Assembly (NCBI RefSeq): GCF_018977255.1
Contig: NW_024704743.1
Span: 40,240,001 to 40,304,000 of the forward strand
DNA: 64,000 nt
Source: Callorhinchus milii
Taxonomy: Eukaryota
Direction: 5' to 3'
Part shown: in pieces, positions 49,148-62,175 of the stretch
Layout of the letters: each line of letters starts with the position of its first letter
Numbering within the stretch: the stretch's first letter is position 1
The notes under the pieces: model-generated
Told to the model about the DNA's origin: nothing
What the model saw: only the letters and a program-made list of their open reading frames with translations
Database searches by the model: none
Program-made: the position numbers and the translations under genes

Positions 49148-49785
49148 GCAGGTCATTCAGAACTCTGCAGCTCGTGTACTGTCCCGCACCAGGCGTAAGG
49201 ACCACATCACTCCCACCCTCGCTCGCCTCCACTGGCTCCCCATCCCCCAGAGGATTGATTTCAAGATCCTCATCCTCACCTACAAGGCCATTCACGGCCT
49301 TGCTCCCTCCTACCTCTCCAACCTACTATCCCCCTACCTACCTGCCCGTACCCTCCGTTCCTCCGGCTCCGGTCTGCTCCACGTCCCCCGCCCCAATCGC
49401 CCTACCATCGCTGGTCGGGCCTTCAGCCTCTCAGCCCCGAGGCTCTGGAACTCTATCCCCCAGTGCCTTCGCCGCTTCCTCCCTCTCCTCCTTCAAGGCC
49501 GGTCTCAAAACCTTTCTCTTTGACCGAGCCTTCAGCTCCCCTCTCGACTCTCTTCCCCCTTCTCGCTCCCTCTCATCCCTCCCTCACCCTGACCATTTCC
49601 CCCTCCTCGCTCCCTCCCTTCCCTCCCCTCACCCTGACCATTTCCCCCCTCCTCGCTCCCTCCCCTCCCCTCACCCTGACCATTTCCCCCCTGCTCGGGT
49701 CATGACCCAACTGTGCAGCGCCTTGGGACGTCCTCCTGACGTGAAAGGCGCTTTATAAATGGAATCTTGTTGTTGTTGTTGTTGT
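49148..49785 (+). mobile_element. Young L2-A 3' end
   Basis: QVIQNSAARVLSRTRRKDHITPTLARLHWLPIPQRIDFKILILTYKAIHGLAPSYL uninterrupted; CpGs retained; 3' UTR tandem units; (TTG)n. Confidence 0.95.
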
Positions 49786-50427
49786 AATGCAGATTTTAGA
49801 AATGTTTTGAAAGTTAATGACATTCTGCTATAAAAACAATTGTGTATTTCTAACTCACATGTGTGTCTTAGTTTTAACCCTCCACTGAACTTGATTGACA
49901 GACTAACATTAACATTAGAGTGACAGATATACAAATTGGAAATGGAGTGCCCATGACAATGTTACGATCTTCATGGCGTGCAGTGCAATATGTCCTGTTG
50001 GGACAAGGGAAATTTCATCTGTGGAAAGCGATTTAATGATGGAAATAGTGGTACACCCAGATATAATGGGATTTTGCATGAGTATCTTTGGGAGTTGGGG
50101 AAGAGGTTTAAGGATTCACACAGAAGTTCGAATAAATGGTGCAGAATCCATATAGTGCAGATTCAACATGGTTTATGAAAGAAAGAGACTTGATGGGTTA
50201 AGTGTCTTCCTTCACATGTTCTTTTGTTTGCACATGCATTTTTGCATACAAATAACCCAAGAGACAGTATCATCTGTCAGTCAGTCAATTTACCAGCATG
50301 TGGGGAATAGCCTCTTACATAATTTGTTTACTCAACACCACCACTGCGTGACATGTGACAAGTGCCTGGGGCACTGATAATCTTTGTTAATTATAGTTTC
50401 TGTCACAAGAAAGATACACTTCTTTCC

Positions 50428-50845
50428 CTGCATTTGAAATAGTGCCTTATCATACCATTGAGAAGTCTCAAGGTGCTTCCCAGGATATACTGTAAAGTGA
50501 TGTTACTATGTATGCTTTATGGATGAACGCAGCAGCCAATTTGCACACAGCAAACAGTCATGGAGTGAGTGACCATTAGGAGGATTGTTGGCCAGCACAC
50601 CAGGAAAAACTATCTTTCTTTTCAAATAGCACCATGGGATCTTTAACATCCATCTGGACCAGCAGATGTTTCCTCAGTTTAACATCTCATCCGAAGAATG
50701 GCACGTCCAACATTGCAGCACCCACATCCTCCCCGCACACAAAGTAGTTAATTGAAGTGTCAGTATAGACTATATAGATTCCAAGTCCCAATGTGAGGCC
50801 TCAAACCATAACTTTCTGACTCAGAGGCATCAGTGCTAGCCACTG
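50428..50845 (-). mobile_element. Old Deu-domain SINE, near full length
   Basis: accatgggatctttaacatccatctgg..tttaacatctcatccgaagaatggcacgtccaacattgcagcac core; head and tail. Confidence 0.8.
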
Positions 50846-51529
50846 ACATGGCATAAACATTAAAGTTAACCATAAATATGGTTGGAGTCTTGTCAAATCA
50901 GCATCATGTTCAGCAACATGTGTAATTAACTAGGATGGTGAAAATAACACTATTTTCTCTCTGCTCTTTTTCTCAATTGCAAATGTGAAATATGATTGAA
51001 GAGTTTACATAATAGTCCTCACATAATCCTCACATTTGATGCTGCACCTTTCATATCAGGAGTCTTTCACGACATTTCTAATAAAGGGTAGTGATTGTAG
51101 ATTTAGTAGGCAAATTTACATTTTGTACATGATCGTCATCAAACCCTTGCAGCTTTGGATTGTTAACAAAACCTTTCAAAGAGCTCTTTGTTGCTGGTGC
51201 ATCAAATTGTAGAGAGAATTGGAAGCTTGAGAATAGATCTTTTGAAAAACACGTTTCAAAACTCTTTACCTTGAAACATGCCCTGATGAATGCCTTCTAG
51301 GTAATTTTCAATTGCTATTGACCTTGTTTGTCATTGCCCAATATTTAGAAAATCCCAACAGGTTCATCAATATAGCAATGACCAAAAATATCCTTTATAG
51401 TACATAGCTTGCACCAGTTGTAGGTACTATGCGCATTACAATTCTAGAAGACACGTAAAATGCTTGCTGATAGTTTATTTAGAGAGTTCAAGAAACAGAA
51501 ATCATGCAAGGTTGGAGCTCAGATTGATT

Positions 51530-51680
51530 GACCCCGCTCTAAGCTGAATGCCATCGCGCTTCGACCGTACTTACGGCTACCTCCCCCACCCCCAGCTCGG
51601 ACTAAGGCTCTGCCACTCTTAAGCACTCTGAGATGCTACCCTCTGTGGAGGGCACTATATAAATGCAAGTTGTTGTTGTT
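51530..51680 (+). mobile_element. L2 3' tail (B-related variant)
   Basis: aagcactctgagatgctaccctctgtggagggcactatataaatgcaagttgttgttgtt; similar tail at 33450-33510. Confidence 0.7.
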
Positions 51681-53182
51681 AATGCAATGTGCTGATTTAT
51701 TCTAATTTCACTCTCTCAGGCCACACTTCCTAATGCTCCATCCTATGCCACCAAACCTCGCCCACCCATGTCAATTTCCTGTATAGTAGCCCTGAAAGTT
51801 AAATAACAACAACTTCCATTGATATTTGCAAGCAGGTAGCATCTCATACTATTACAATTTAAAGAATTAAAAACTGAAATTAAAATGAAAAGCTCCAAAG
51901 CATACAGAAATTTTCATGGGATCAATATAGCTTTATTGCATGTCAGACCCAATGAGAGGATCTTCTACTGGGTATTTCCATTTGTGAATACAATATAAAA
52001 GAAACGCACTAGCAAATAGATAAAAATTGCATGCTTACATATCAAATTGTCTTCCACTTAGGAAAGAATGGAACATTTGAAAAGTATAGAGATATAAAAA
52101 ATGTAAACACACTTGTGTTAATTTATGCCAATTAAACTACTGTAAAACCATATTTCCTGCTTTCTGAACCGCTGCCTCCACTCTTGCAATCACCAATGAT
52201 TTCTACTTCTACCCTCGCAAAGTGGTCTGTGGAGTACCTCAGGTCTCTATCTTTGGCCGTCCCCTTTCCAGATTGTTTGATTGTATAGATGAAAAGGCAA
52301 GGCGGGAGACATGATGCAGGCTAGTGGCTGCCAAGTGGAGGGAGCAGGCAGGTTAGTAACGTTTTAGAAGGTCTCAGAGCTAAAATAATGAGTATGACAT
52401 CCAAATCTAATTCTCTGCTTTTATTCTTGATTCCTCATCTATTGATGTTCTGTTCATTTGCTTGTCAGACATCAAGGCCTGGATGAATCTCCAAGTTGCT
52501 GGTAATATCGTTACTGTCGAACAGCATGGTTTCTATTTGCTTCAGTCAAGGATGCGTTGATACGACAGGTGAAAATCTGTACTTAATTTATGCTGTCTAA
52601 TGTAGATAAATGGAAGGGGAAAAGCAAAAGTAGCTGAGAAACAATGTTACAATTGAACAAACATAAATTATTTTTAATAAATTTTCAACCTGCTGTGTTT
52701 TAGAATTCATTTAGAATTCATTCCACCTGTTAATTTCCCACTGTGCAAAGAAATGTCTCGTGTTTGTCCGAAAATCACCCTTCTCAGCCCTGAAATTCTT
52801 GACTTGCTTCTTATTTTCCCAAGTTTCTCACAGCCTCTGTACTTTATAATCATTTGCTCCAGTTATCTTATCCTAGTCCTACACAAAATATGTCTCTTCA
52901 TAAATTCCTTCAATTTGTTTTATTATTTTAAAATTGAATTTTTGCTTTGAGTTAGTCAAACCTGAGCCAAATATTTGCATACTTGTAGTCCCTTGGCAAA
53001 TAATCGATTTTATACGGTCTGATTTACAGTTGAATACATTAATGGTGATAATTAAAGTAAAGTACCTCTTAAATTCATTATTTTTACTTGTCTCATTGGC
53101 AAGGAATGACATGACATTCCCAATTTCTGACCAAAGAAGCAAATTAACAATCCACAGAGAAAAAACGTTTAAAATGTTAAAG

Positions 53183-53590
53183 GTCAGCCTTGCTCAGTTG
53201 GTAGCACTCTCGTCTCAAGTCAGAAGGTTGTGAGTTTAAGCCCCATGCCGGGAATTGATCATATATAGTCTAGGCTGACATGCAAATACCGTGCTGGGGT
53301 GCGCTGCATTGTCAGAGGTACTGTCCTTCAGATAATCCAAGATCCTGTCTTTCTGTTTGGATGGATGTTAAATATTTCCTGGAACTGCTTGAAAAGACAA
53401 GGCAGTTTCTCCTAGTGCCCCAGCCAACAATCCCCCCAAATCATATTGGCCAGTTCACTTCATGACTGTTTGTGGGATCTCACGGTGCACAAATTGATAG
53501 CAATATTTGAATACCCAGTTACTACACTTTTAAGCCCATTTTGAGACATCCTCCTGATGAAAAACGTGCTATATTAAATATAAGGATTAT
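53183..53590 (+). mobile_element. Old Deu-domain SINE, full length
   Basis: Head gtcagccttgctcagttggtagcactctcgtctcaagtcagaaggttgtgagtttaagccc; Deu core; tail. Confidence 0.82.
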
Positions 53591-55011
53591 AAACCATTAG
53601 TGCCATCTTTATTTAATCACTTTTAAACTCTACATTAAGATGGATGTTAACTGTATATTAACTCTAAATTTATATTAGTGATATTTAATGTTTGATTTGA
53701 AGTTAACTTTCTTTGCAAGACTGTATGTATATTACCCATATGTTGACGGAGGTTGCAGAAATTTAACATAATATTATCTGTCGGTTGGAATTCTAATTTT
53801 TCAAGTGTCAGCAAACTGCCACCAACATATTACATACTATTTGGTATTCATTTCCTGTGCATTCATTCTTTTTTCATCTTATTATGTGAAAGACACAAGA
53901 ACTGATTTGAAAATTCCCATTTTGCAGCCAGCCTGTATGTTTTGTGCGTGTGCTTCTTGTTGGTCTGTCATTAGCATTCTGCAGCCTTGACATCCTATCT
54001 TCCATAGTAACAGCGTTTACCTATCAATCTGAACGATGACTTCAGAATAAATTTGTGTTTAATGGCTGACCTTTGTTAATTTACCTTAGCCAGATCTGGC
54101 TAGCAAATGTGGCTAACTACTGTCTGGTAAGCCAATCTGTAATTTGCCCAACAAAACAAATGAAATTATAGTTTAGTAACTGACTGAACCCTTTCAGCAA
54201 ATGACATTCAACGAGTTCCTGGGAATAAAGTCTGAACAACAGTGCCACAGTCAGGGGCTTGTGGCTAAATAAAAGCTCTCTATCCCTATCAGTGAGAGAT
54301 AAAAGAATTACTCATAGTGCAAAAATGCTTAGTTGCTAAGTAATATTAATTTTATGAAAGAAAAAAATGCACAACAATAATATTAAAACAAGTTAGATAA
54401 TTGCTGTGTTTTTCTCCATTTTTTCCTCAGCCTGACTCTCGCCTATTTTTAATACATTCAAATTAATTTGAGATCACATCAGTGTGTGGGGTTCAAGTTA
54501 AAATATTTCTTTTCACATGGATGTTCCTGTTAATTTCACAGAATCTATGAATGTGAAATTAACCAGAAAATGGACACATTTACATTTTAAATAAAAATGC
54601 AACACATCATCAGGTCAGAAATGTATGACCTGTTGATGTGTACCTGCTGGTGCTCCTTCAGTTTTGAGCTTATGAAATTGCCATGAAAGCACAATACAAC
54701 ACATTTTTTAAGATCATGGTTGATAACTCTTGATTAAGGCAATTGGTCTCACTGCATGTGTCTGTCATAAGTGCAGGAAGCAACCTTGTGGTACTGATGT
54801 GTCTTACGACATGTCAAAATAATGTCAATTCTTACTCATGTTCCTTAGCGTAAGTAAAATTGTTTTGCATGTTCAGTTTATTTCATTAAAATTGAACTAC
54901 TGGTGTGCAAAATGCCATGTTCATAGCAAAACCAATACCAAATTAAATCAGTGATGAAGGGTTGCATTTTGTACCCCCAAAGCTATCCACTCACAACAAA
55001 AATATTTAATA

Positions 55012-55372
55012 ACATTAATCCTTGCATTTGATAAAGCGCCGTATCATGTCTTCGAGACATTTCAAAGTGATTCACAGAATATACTGTAAAGTGAATTGAC
55101 TTGTATATTTTGTGGGCGATCAGGGCGGCCAATTGCACACATCAGTTTCTCAAAAGCAGTGGTGGATTGAGTGACCAAATTTCTTTTTAGGGGATTCTTA
55201 CCCCAGAAAAGCAATTTGTCAATTGACTAACAACCAGATTCCTACTTACTGCTAGGTAAACGGGGCGTGTGGATTAAGGAAACTTGCCCAACATTTCACC
55301 GTGCCGGGAATCAAACCCAGATCCTCTCACTTGCGAGTTGAGTGCTCTAACCACTGAGCTACAGGACTTCAC
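55012..55372 (-). mobile_element. tRNA-derived SINE (longer subfamily)
   Basis: Tail ccttgcatttgataaagcgcc to head ctacaggacttcac. Confidence 0.9.
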
Positions 55373-56779
55373 AAGCTAAAATCTTTATGTAAACAACAAC
55401 TTTATATAAATTGATACAAAGCCTTTCACATAGGGAGGAAATCCCAAGGCATTAATCCAATGTTCTGTTCAAAACGATCTGGAGACAACTGAAAGTTTCA
55501 TTCAACAACAACAACAACGACATATTACATTTTTACATTTATATAGAGTGTTTTTCACGTCGGGAGGATATCCCATGGTACTGGGCACTCAACTTTAGGA
55601 GCACAGTGATGACAGGTGTCACTAGGCTATTGGCTTTGTATTCACACTTCAGCTTTACCTAGTGCAGATTTTCCTTTCAGACTACAGTCACTGCACTTTA
55701 TATTAAATCCTGCCATTCAGTGTGTCATTCTCAATCTGAATGCAGTGTGAAACCGCTTTGTCGCAGTATTCTCGCCACATCTGACCTTCATACTGGTTCA
55801 AATGCAATATCATTGTAATGAATGCAAAAACATTTTTTGAAAGCTCATTTTTAAACATTAAATAGATTTGTGGTACAACACAACAATCAGATTGAAAGTG
55901 TTCGGAAATAATAATAATCCTTGCAATTGATCCAGCACCTATAACATTGGATTGTCTCAAAGACCAAAAGCAGGAATCTCCTATCAAATGCAGTGACTAT
56001 TCATGTGCAGCAAAATGCCACAAATTGCATCCCAGTGTTCCCAAATATATTTTTATAAATATATCATATGCTTTTATTGCATAGGGATATGGTGAGCAAT
56101 AACAGAAATGTAGTTATTTGCAATGCCCACTGTACAATTTCAACATGAAGACTTGGCTAACATTACTCCAATGTATAAAAGAACACTTTAATCTTGAAAA
56201 CAATTTTCTTAAACTGATACTTGCACTCTAAGTGGGGCTCAAGGCTAATGTAGGTTTTCACCTATTCTTAAAAGCCTTGGTAATGGACTGGTTTGCAAAA
56301 CTGAAATTAATGCATCTTAGTCACTAAGCAACCAGTTACTCTAAAATTAATTTTGTCTAGCTTACAATGCTGTATTGAAACAACAGTTTACAGCAGAAAG
56401 ATTGTGTGCAATACCTGAACTTTTGACTACATTTGCAGAAAGCATGGTACTTGTTAGAAATTGTAAACCAAAGTGTTGCAATGCTACAATAAACAATCAT
56501 AACTTGGAGCTACGAATAATAAAACTCTTGGTGGAACTGTTACTGTGAGCATGTCTAAATGATAATTTATCTTACAATTAATAGATGCTTAATATATTAT
56601 ATCATAATCTACTACAACTAATAATAATACTTGCATTTGATACAGCATTATTCAGAAGTTTCAGATTGTTTTACAGGAGATACAGTAAAGTGGCATTTGA
56701 CTTCTAAATAAAAATAAAATTGGATTTAAGTTTACAATAAATAGCTTTACATATATATGCCAAAGGTGCTTAATCTAGG

Positions 56780-57950
56780 GGATTAAGTACTCATGATATT
56801 GTTCCTAAATTCAAAAAAGGTGACAAAACTAAACTTGGCATCAAAGGCAAGACATGGGTGTGGATTCATAATTGGCTGAAGAGAAGCAGAAGTTCTTTAG
56901 TAGGAGAGCTTGGTGAAAATGGGTAAAGCTATGAAATGGGGTGCCTCAGATATCTGTCCTAAGACCTCTCCTATTACTAGTATATACTAATGACCTGGAT
57001 TTGCAGATCCAGTATAAAATAGTTACATTTACAGATTGTCTCAGTTGGGAGAACTGTGAAATCAAAGCAGGCGGCAAATTTCCTACAAAGAGATCTTAAT
57101 AGTATATGCACATAAGCAGAGAACCTGCACATAAAGTTTAATACTGACAAATGCAAAGTATTTGGAAGGTACAACACCTTGCTATGTCCTCCTGATGTGA
57201 AAGGAAGTGTACAAATATAATTTGTTGTTGCTGTTGCAGTACTAAATATAGGATCCAAGAATAGAAACACAAATACTCTATGAATGGGAATGAACTTGCC
57301 AAGGGGGAAGCTGAAAGAGATATGTGAGTGTTAGTTGACTATGTCAAAAAAGTGTGATGCAGCAATATAAGGGCAAATAGGATGCTTGGATTTATGACTA
57401 AATCAGTTGAGCTTAGATTCCCAAAAGTCATTCTCAGGCTATACAGTGTTCTGGTTAGATTGTACCTTGAATACAGCAGACAGTTCTGGTCACCACAACA
57501 TTAGGGAGCTGCTCAGGCGTAGAGTTGGTACAGAGGAGAGCTCGAGGTGATCCCTAGTGTTAGAGGAATGAGCTATGAACAATAATTAGACAAGCTAGGG
57601 CTCTTGAGTGAAGACATCTCAGAAGGGACCTCGTAGAGATGTACGACATTTTAAATGGTACTCAAAAAGTGAACTCAGATGAATACTTTATAAAGGATTA
57701 AGACAGGAGAACAAGAGGACATAGTTTTACCGACGTAAAGTACAATTTCACAACAGATACCGAGACTTTTTTCTTTACACAGCAGGTAATCAACGACTGA
57801 AACAGGTTACCAGGAAGGGTGATTGAGGCCAGGACACTCATTTAAAAAGCAGCTTGATACTGTGATGGGGCGAGGGGAGGGTGGATATTCAGGAGGAATT
57901 AAATTTGCTGGGTCGAAAGGCCTTCTGCATCTAGATCAATCTTGTAATTT
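56780..57950 (+). mobile_element. Decayed CR1 (RT to 3' end) interrupted by an L2 tail at ~57170-57237
   Basis: ggggtgcctcag..ctaatgacctggattt ('GVPQ..NDLD'), tttaatactgacaaatgcaaagt ('FN.DKCKV'), gaacaagaggacatagtt ('RTRGH'). Confidence 0.85.
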
Positions 57951-58244
57951 TGTGTAATTTCAAAATATCTCATCTCAAAGTTCACTTCAGTCCACTTGAA
58001 AGAGGGGTTTGGAGCAATACTTTTGTTTCCAGCTCCTAGTCATAATACAGATGAAAGTGATGTCAAATTAATCCAGGAATACAAGAGGAATATTTATTCA
58101 GTTATAATAAAAATAGGATATGGAGATAGCAACTGGTTTATTGCAACATTTCAGTCGCTTTGTTCTTTTTTTCTAAAGATGCCATTTTTTGGGCTTCATT
58201 TTTATTTATTAATCTATTTAACGAGGACACAAAAAAATTGTTGA

Positions 58245-58515
58245 AGCAGCACAGCACATAATAACTTCCATGAAAGCAGTGTTTGGGGCCCTGGAAGTAG
58301 TATGGGTGGAGGTGAATGGGCAGGTGTTGCATCTCCTGCTCTGGCATGGGAAGGTGCCAGTGGAAGGAGGGCAGGTGTTGTTGACATAAGGTCATCGACT
58401 TGAAATGTTAACCCCCCTTTTGCGCTCTCCATAGATGCTGCTGACCCAATGAGTGTTCCCAATGACTTCTGTTCTTATTTCAGATTGCCAGCATCTGCAG
58501 TATTTTGCCTTTTCC
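58245..58515. mobile_element. Short Penelope-like element: inverted GIY-YIG piece (58245-58380, -) joined to 3' terminus (58381-58515, +)
   Basis: gtgtttggggccctgga..gggcaggtgttgcatctcctg matches 16575-16690; ctctccatagatgctgctgacc..ccagcatctgcagtattttgcc matches 17790-17880. Confidence 0.78.
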
Positions 58516-58791
58516 AAATTAACAAAAGCAATTTATATTTAGATAGTACCTTTACCATCGGACTGACATCTCAAAGTGCTTCACACGGCTGACTAGGAGC
58601 CTGAGCTGGGGGTAGGAGCTGATAAAGGTGGGGGAGAAAGGTGTTTAAGGATGGGAGTGATTGGCTCTCGGAGCCTGGTGCAGAACGGACAAATTAAAAC
58701 TCATAAGTTTAGTTTATAAAACCAAGTTTCTCAGGCTGATACCATGAAAAATGTTGGCCTCATGAGTACAAAATGCTCATAATTTTATTAC

Positions 58792-59225
58792 GGACATAAG
58801 GACATAAGAAATTCAAGATGAAAAAAAGCCAAGGTCCATCTCGTTCGTCTTCCACCTTCCTTGGCGGTCGCATGCAATTTATCCCGAACTACCTATGCAC
58901 TATATCCCATAATGTTATCTTCTAAAAGAAAACTATCCAATCTGTGTTTGAAGGAATCAACACTTGCTTCAACCGTCTCCCTAGGGAGCCTGTTCCACGG
59001 GTTTACTATTCGCTCACTGAAATAGTGTTTCCATAGATTCGTTTTGAATTTATCTCTCTTCAAATGCAGGCCTTGTCCTCTGGTTTTACTATTCAGGACT
59101 CGTTGAAACAGTCTGTCATGATCTGCATTGTCTAGCCCCTTTAGAATCTTACAAACGGCAATTATATCACCTTGTGATCTCTTTTCCAGTGAACGTGCCC
59201 AGTTTACTTAGTCGCTCCTCATATG
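58792..59225 (-). mobile_element. CR1 3' fragment (same family as 5749-6360)
   Basis: Shared accgtctccctagggagcctgtt..gtttacta.tcgctcactgaa; terminal gacataaggacataag. Confidence 0.88.
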
Positions 59226-59779
59226 TTAAAGTTTAATTTGCAGGGCTATCTTAGTTATGCTACAACTGATGGCATCAACTCTATCCTGACTGGACTACTC
59301 AGAGCTTGATATCAAATTGATCCCCTACAATCAGATTTATATCGCATTCTTAGTGCTGATTCAATGTGGAAACCACACTCAATTGAATCTAACTGTGTAG
59401 TATAAAAGGGGCATTATTGAAGGAGAAGGGCAATATTTCAAAATCATTGAAATGTAATGAGTCAAGAAATGATTCATTGATGTTTGCCAGGTAATTCCAT
59501 CCTCCCGTTCATAGATTTTCTATGGTTATGAAACGAAAAAGCACAATCAAGGTTTTACTTTTCTATTGTATTGGATTTTCTTCATACGCTCAAAAAATAT
59601 AGTTTGCATGGGTTTGAGGAAAGAAATCTGATAAAAGTTTTGCTTGAATGAATATCTTTCAAAATTATATCTTGGGAATTTGCATAATCAAAGCTTCTTA
59701 AACTCAGGGAGGAGAGAAATACATATTGCATCTGTTGTCTTTTTGTTTCATTTCTACATATCTTTTCATGGCTCCAATA

Positions 59780-61440
59780 TACAACAACAACAACTTGGAT
59801 TTATAAAGCGCCCTCCACGCCGGACGGAATCTCAGAGCGCTTCACAGTAACGAATCCCGGGACTGAGCCAAGGGGAGGGGGGGAAGGTGACCAAAGGCGC
59901 GGTCGAAAAGAAAGGTTTCCAGCAGAGACCTGAAAATAGGAAAGGAGGGAGTGAAGCGAAGGGAGTGAGGAAGGGAGTTCCAGAGCCTCGGGGCATAGTG
60001 GCTGAAGGCATGGCCTCCGAGGGTGGAGCGGAGGACTCGGGGGACGAGGAGGAGGCCAGACCCGGAGGAACAAAGGCAATGGGTACTGTTTTGAGGACAG
60101 AGGAGGTCAAAGAGTTAGGGGGGTGCAGAGGAGTGCAGGGACTTGAATATGATGTTGAGGATCTTGAAGTCGAACCTCTCTGGAACAGGCAGCCAGTGGG
60201 GTCTGGCAAGGACTGGGTGATCGGGGAGCGGAGTTTCGTGCGGGTGAGAATGCGGGCGGCAGTGTTCTGAATGATTTGGGTTTCAAGGATGGTAATGGAT
60301 GGGAGACTGACTTTCAGCGACTTTTAGGGAGAGGTATTGGCAGAGACGGGCGATGCGTCGGAGGTGGAAGAAAGTGGTGCTGGTGAGGGAACGGATGTAG
60401 GGGTGGAAGGATAATTGGGGTCGAACCTGACGCCTAGGTTTCGTACAGGTTCGGAGAGGTTTAGGGGGAGGTCGGGTAGGTAGAGGAGGTGAGGGCTGTG
60501 AGATTTTAGACGTTGACGAGAGCCAAAGCGTATGGCTTCCATCTTGTCAACGTTCAGCTGAAGGAAATTTGCGCTCATCCAGCCCCTGAGATCTGACAGG
60601 CAGGCTGACAGGACATCAGGGGACTGGGGGTCGCAAAGGGAGGTGGAAAAATAGAGTTGGGTGTCATCTGCATACATGTGGAAATGTACCCCATGTCTGT
60701 GGATGACATCCCCAAGAGGGAGCATGTAGATCAGAAAGAGGAGGGCGCCAAGGATGGATCCTTGGGTTACCCCACAGGGGAACGGATGAGAGTGGGACGA
60801 GAAGCCGTTTGTGCAGATGTACTGCTGGCGGTTTCTGAGGTGGATGACGGATGAAAGGCGGTGGAGGAGGATGGTGTGATCGACTGTGTCGGACGCAGCA
60901 GAGAGGTCCAGGAGGACAAGTTGGCAGAGGGAGCCCTGGTCACAGATAGAGAGAATGTCATTTGTGACTTTCACAAGAGCAGTCTCTGTACTATGGGCAG
61001 CGCGGAAACCGGACTGGAGGGGTTCGAAGAGGGAATGGGAGGAGAGGTGTGCGTGCAGTTGGTTGGCAACAACGCATTTTAGAACTTTTGAGAGGAAGGG
61101 CAGGTTAGAAATGGGGCAGTAGTGGCTGGGGTTTGAGGGATCTATGGAGGGTTTTTTCAGCAGGGGGCTGATGACAGCAGTTTTGAGGGAGGCAGGGGCT
61201 AATCCAGAGGAGAGGAACTGGTTGATGACATCAGCCAGTAATGGGCAGAGGAGGGTGAGCTGGGTGACCAGTACGTTGGTGAGGAGGGGGTCGAGGCGGG
61301 AGGGGGTCGAGGCAGCAGGTGGTGGGTTTCATGGAGGTGATGGTGGGTGAGAGAGAGGAGGGAGAGATGGGGAGGAAGGAATGTAGGATGGAGGTGGTGG
61401 TAGGAGCAGATGATGAGGAAGGTGAGGGGGACAGAGAGGG
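59780..61440 (-). mobile_element. L2 (family B), 5'-truncated with internal deletions
   Basis: [47 protein letters not shown]2-B tail. Confidence 0.95.
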
Positions 61441-61511
61441 CATGAGAATGCGCAGGTGGATGAGGCTGCCTGGCAGATGTTAAATATACCCTTTCCATGT
61501 GAAATAATATT

Positions 61512-61868
61512 TAATAATAATCCTTGCATTTAATATAGTGCCTGATCACATCGTTGAAGCATCTCTGAGCTTCACAGAATATATTGTAAAGTGGATGGAC
61601 TGTGTATTTTGTGGGCGAAACGCAGCAGTCAATTGCGCACCACATTGACCCATAAACAGTTGTTGGGTTAAGTGGCCACATTTGTTTGAGGGATTATTTC
61701 CACTGGAAAGCGATCGCCAATTGGCTAACAACCAGGTGTTCCTACTTACTGCGAGGTAAGCAGAGGCATACGGAATAAGGAAAGTTGCCAAAGTTTTGCC
61801 CCACTCAAGAACTGAACTCCAGTCATCTCGATCACCAGGCGAGCGTACTAACCACTAAGCTACGGGGC
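61512..61868 (-). mobile_element. tRNA-derived SINE (diverged)
   Basis: Tail aataataatccttgcatt to head accactaagctacggggct. Confidence 0.82.
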
Positions 61869-61999
61869 TTTGATTAGATTGTACTTCCACTGCTTACTAT
61901 GTAGTCTCTCATCTATTGTCACATGTACATATATATTATGCAAATTATATATACATACTCTTATCTTCCATTTAAGACCTACTTGCTTCACTTTCCCAC

Positions 62000-62175
62000 A
62001 AATAAAACTGTTTATTCACTTCATGGTTGTTTATGCAACATCACTGTGTACAAATTCGCTCTCGTTTACCCACAAATACATCGTCAATGCACTTTACAAT
62101 AAACTTTGTGAAATGCTTTGAGGCTTCTTAACAACATGATAAGGCACTTCAGCAAATGCAGGAATTATTATTATC
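62000..62175 (+). mobile_element. SINE 3' fragment
   Basis: cactgtgtacaaattcgct..gataaggcacttcagcaaatgcaggaattattatt. Confidence 0.6.

Noticed and set aside
54087..54102. 16-bp perfect palindrome tagccagatctggcta
   Set aside because: About one is expected by chance in 64 kb; no supporting context
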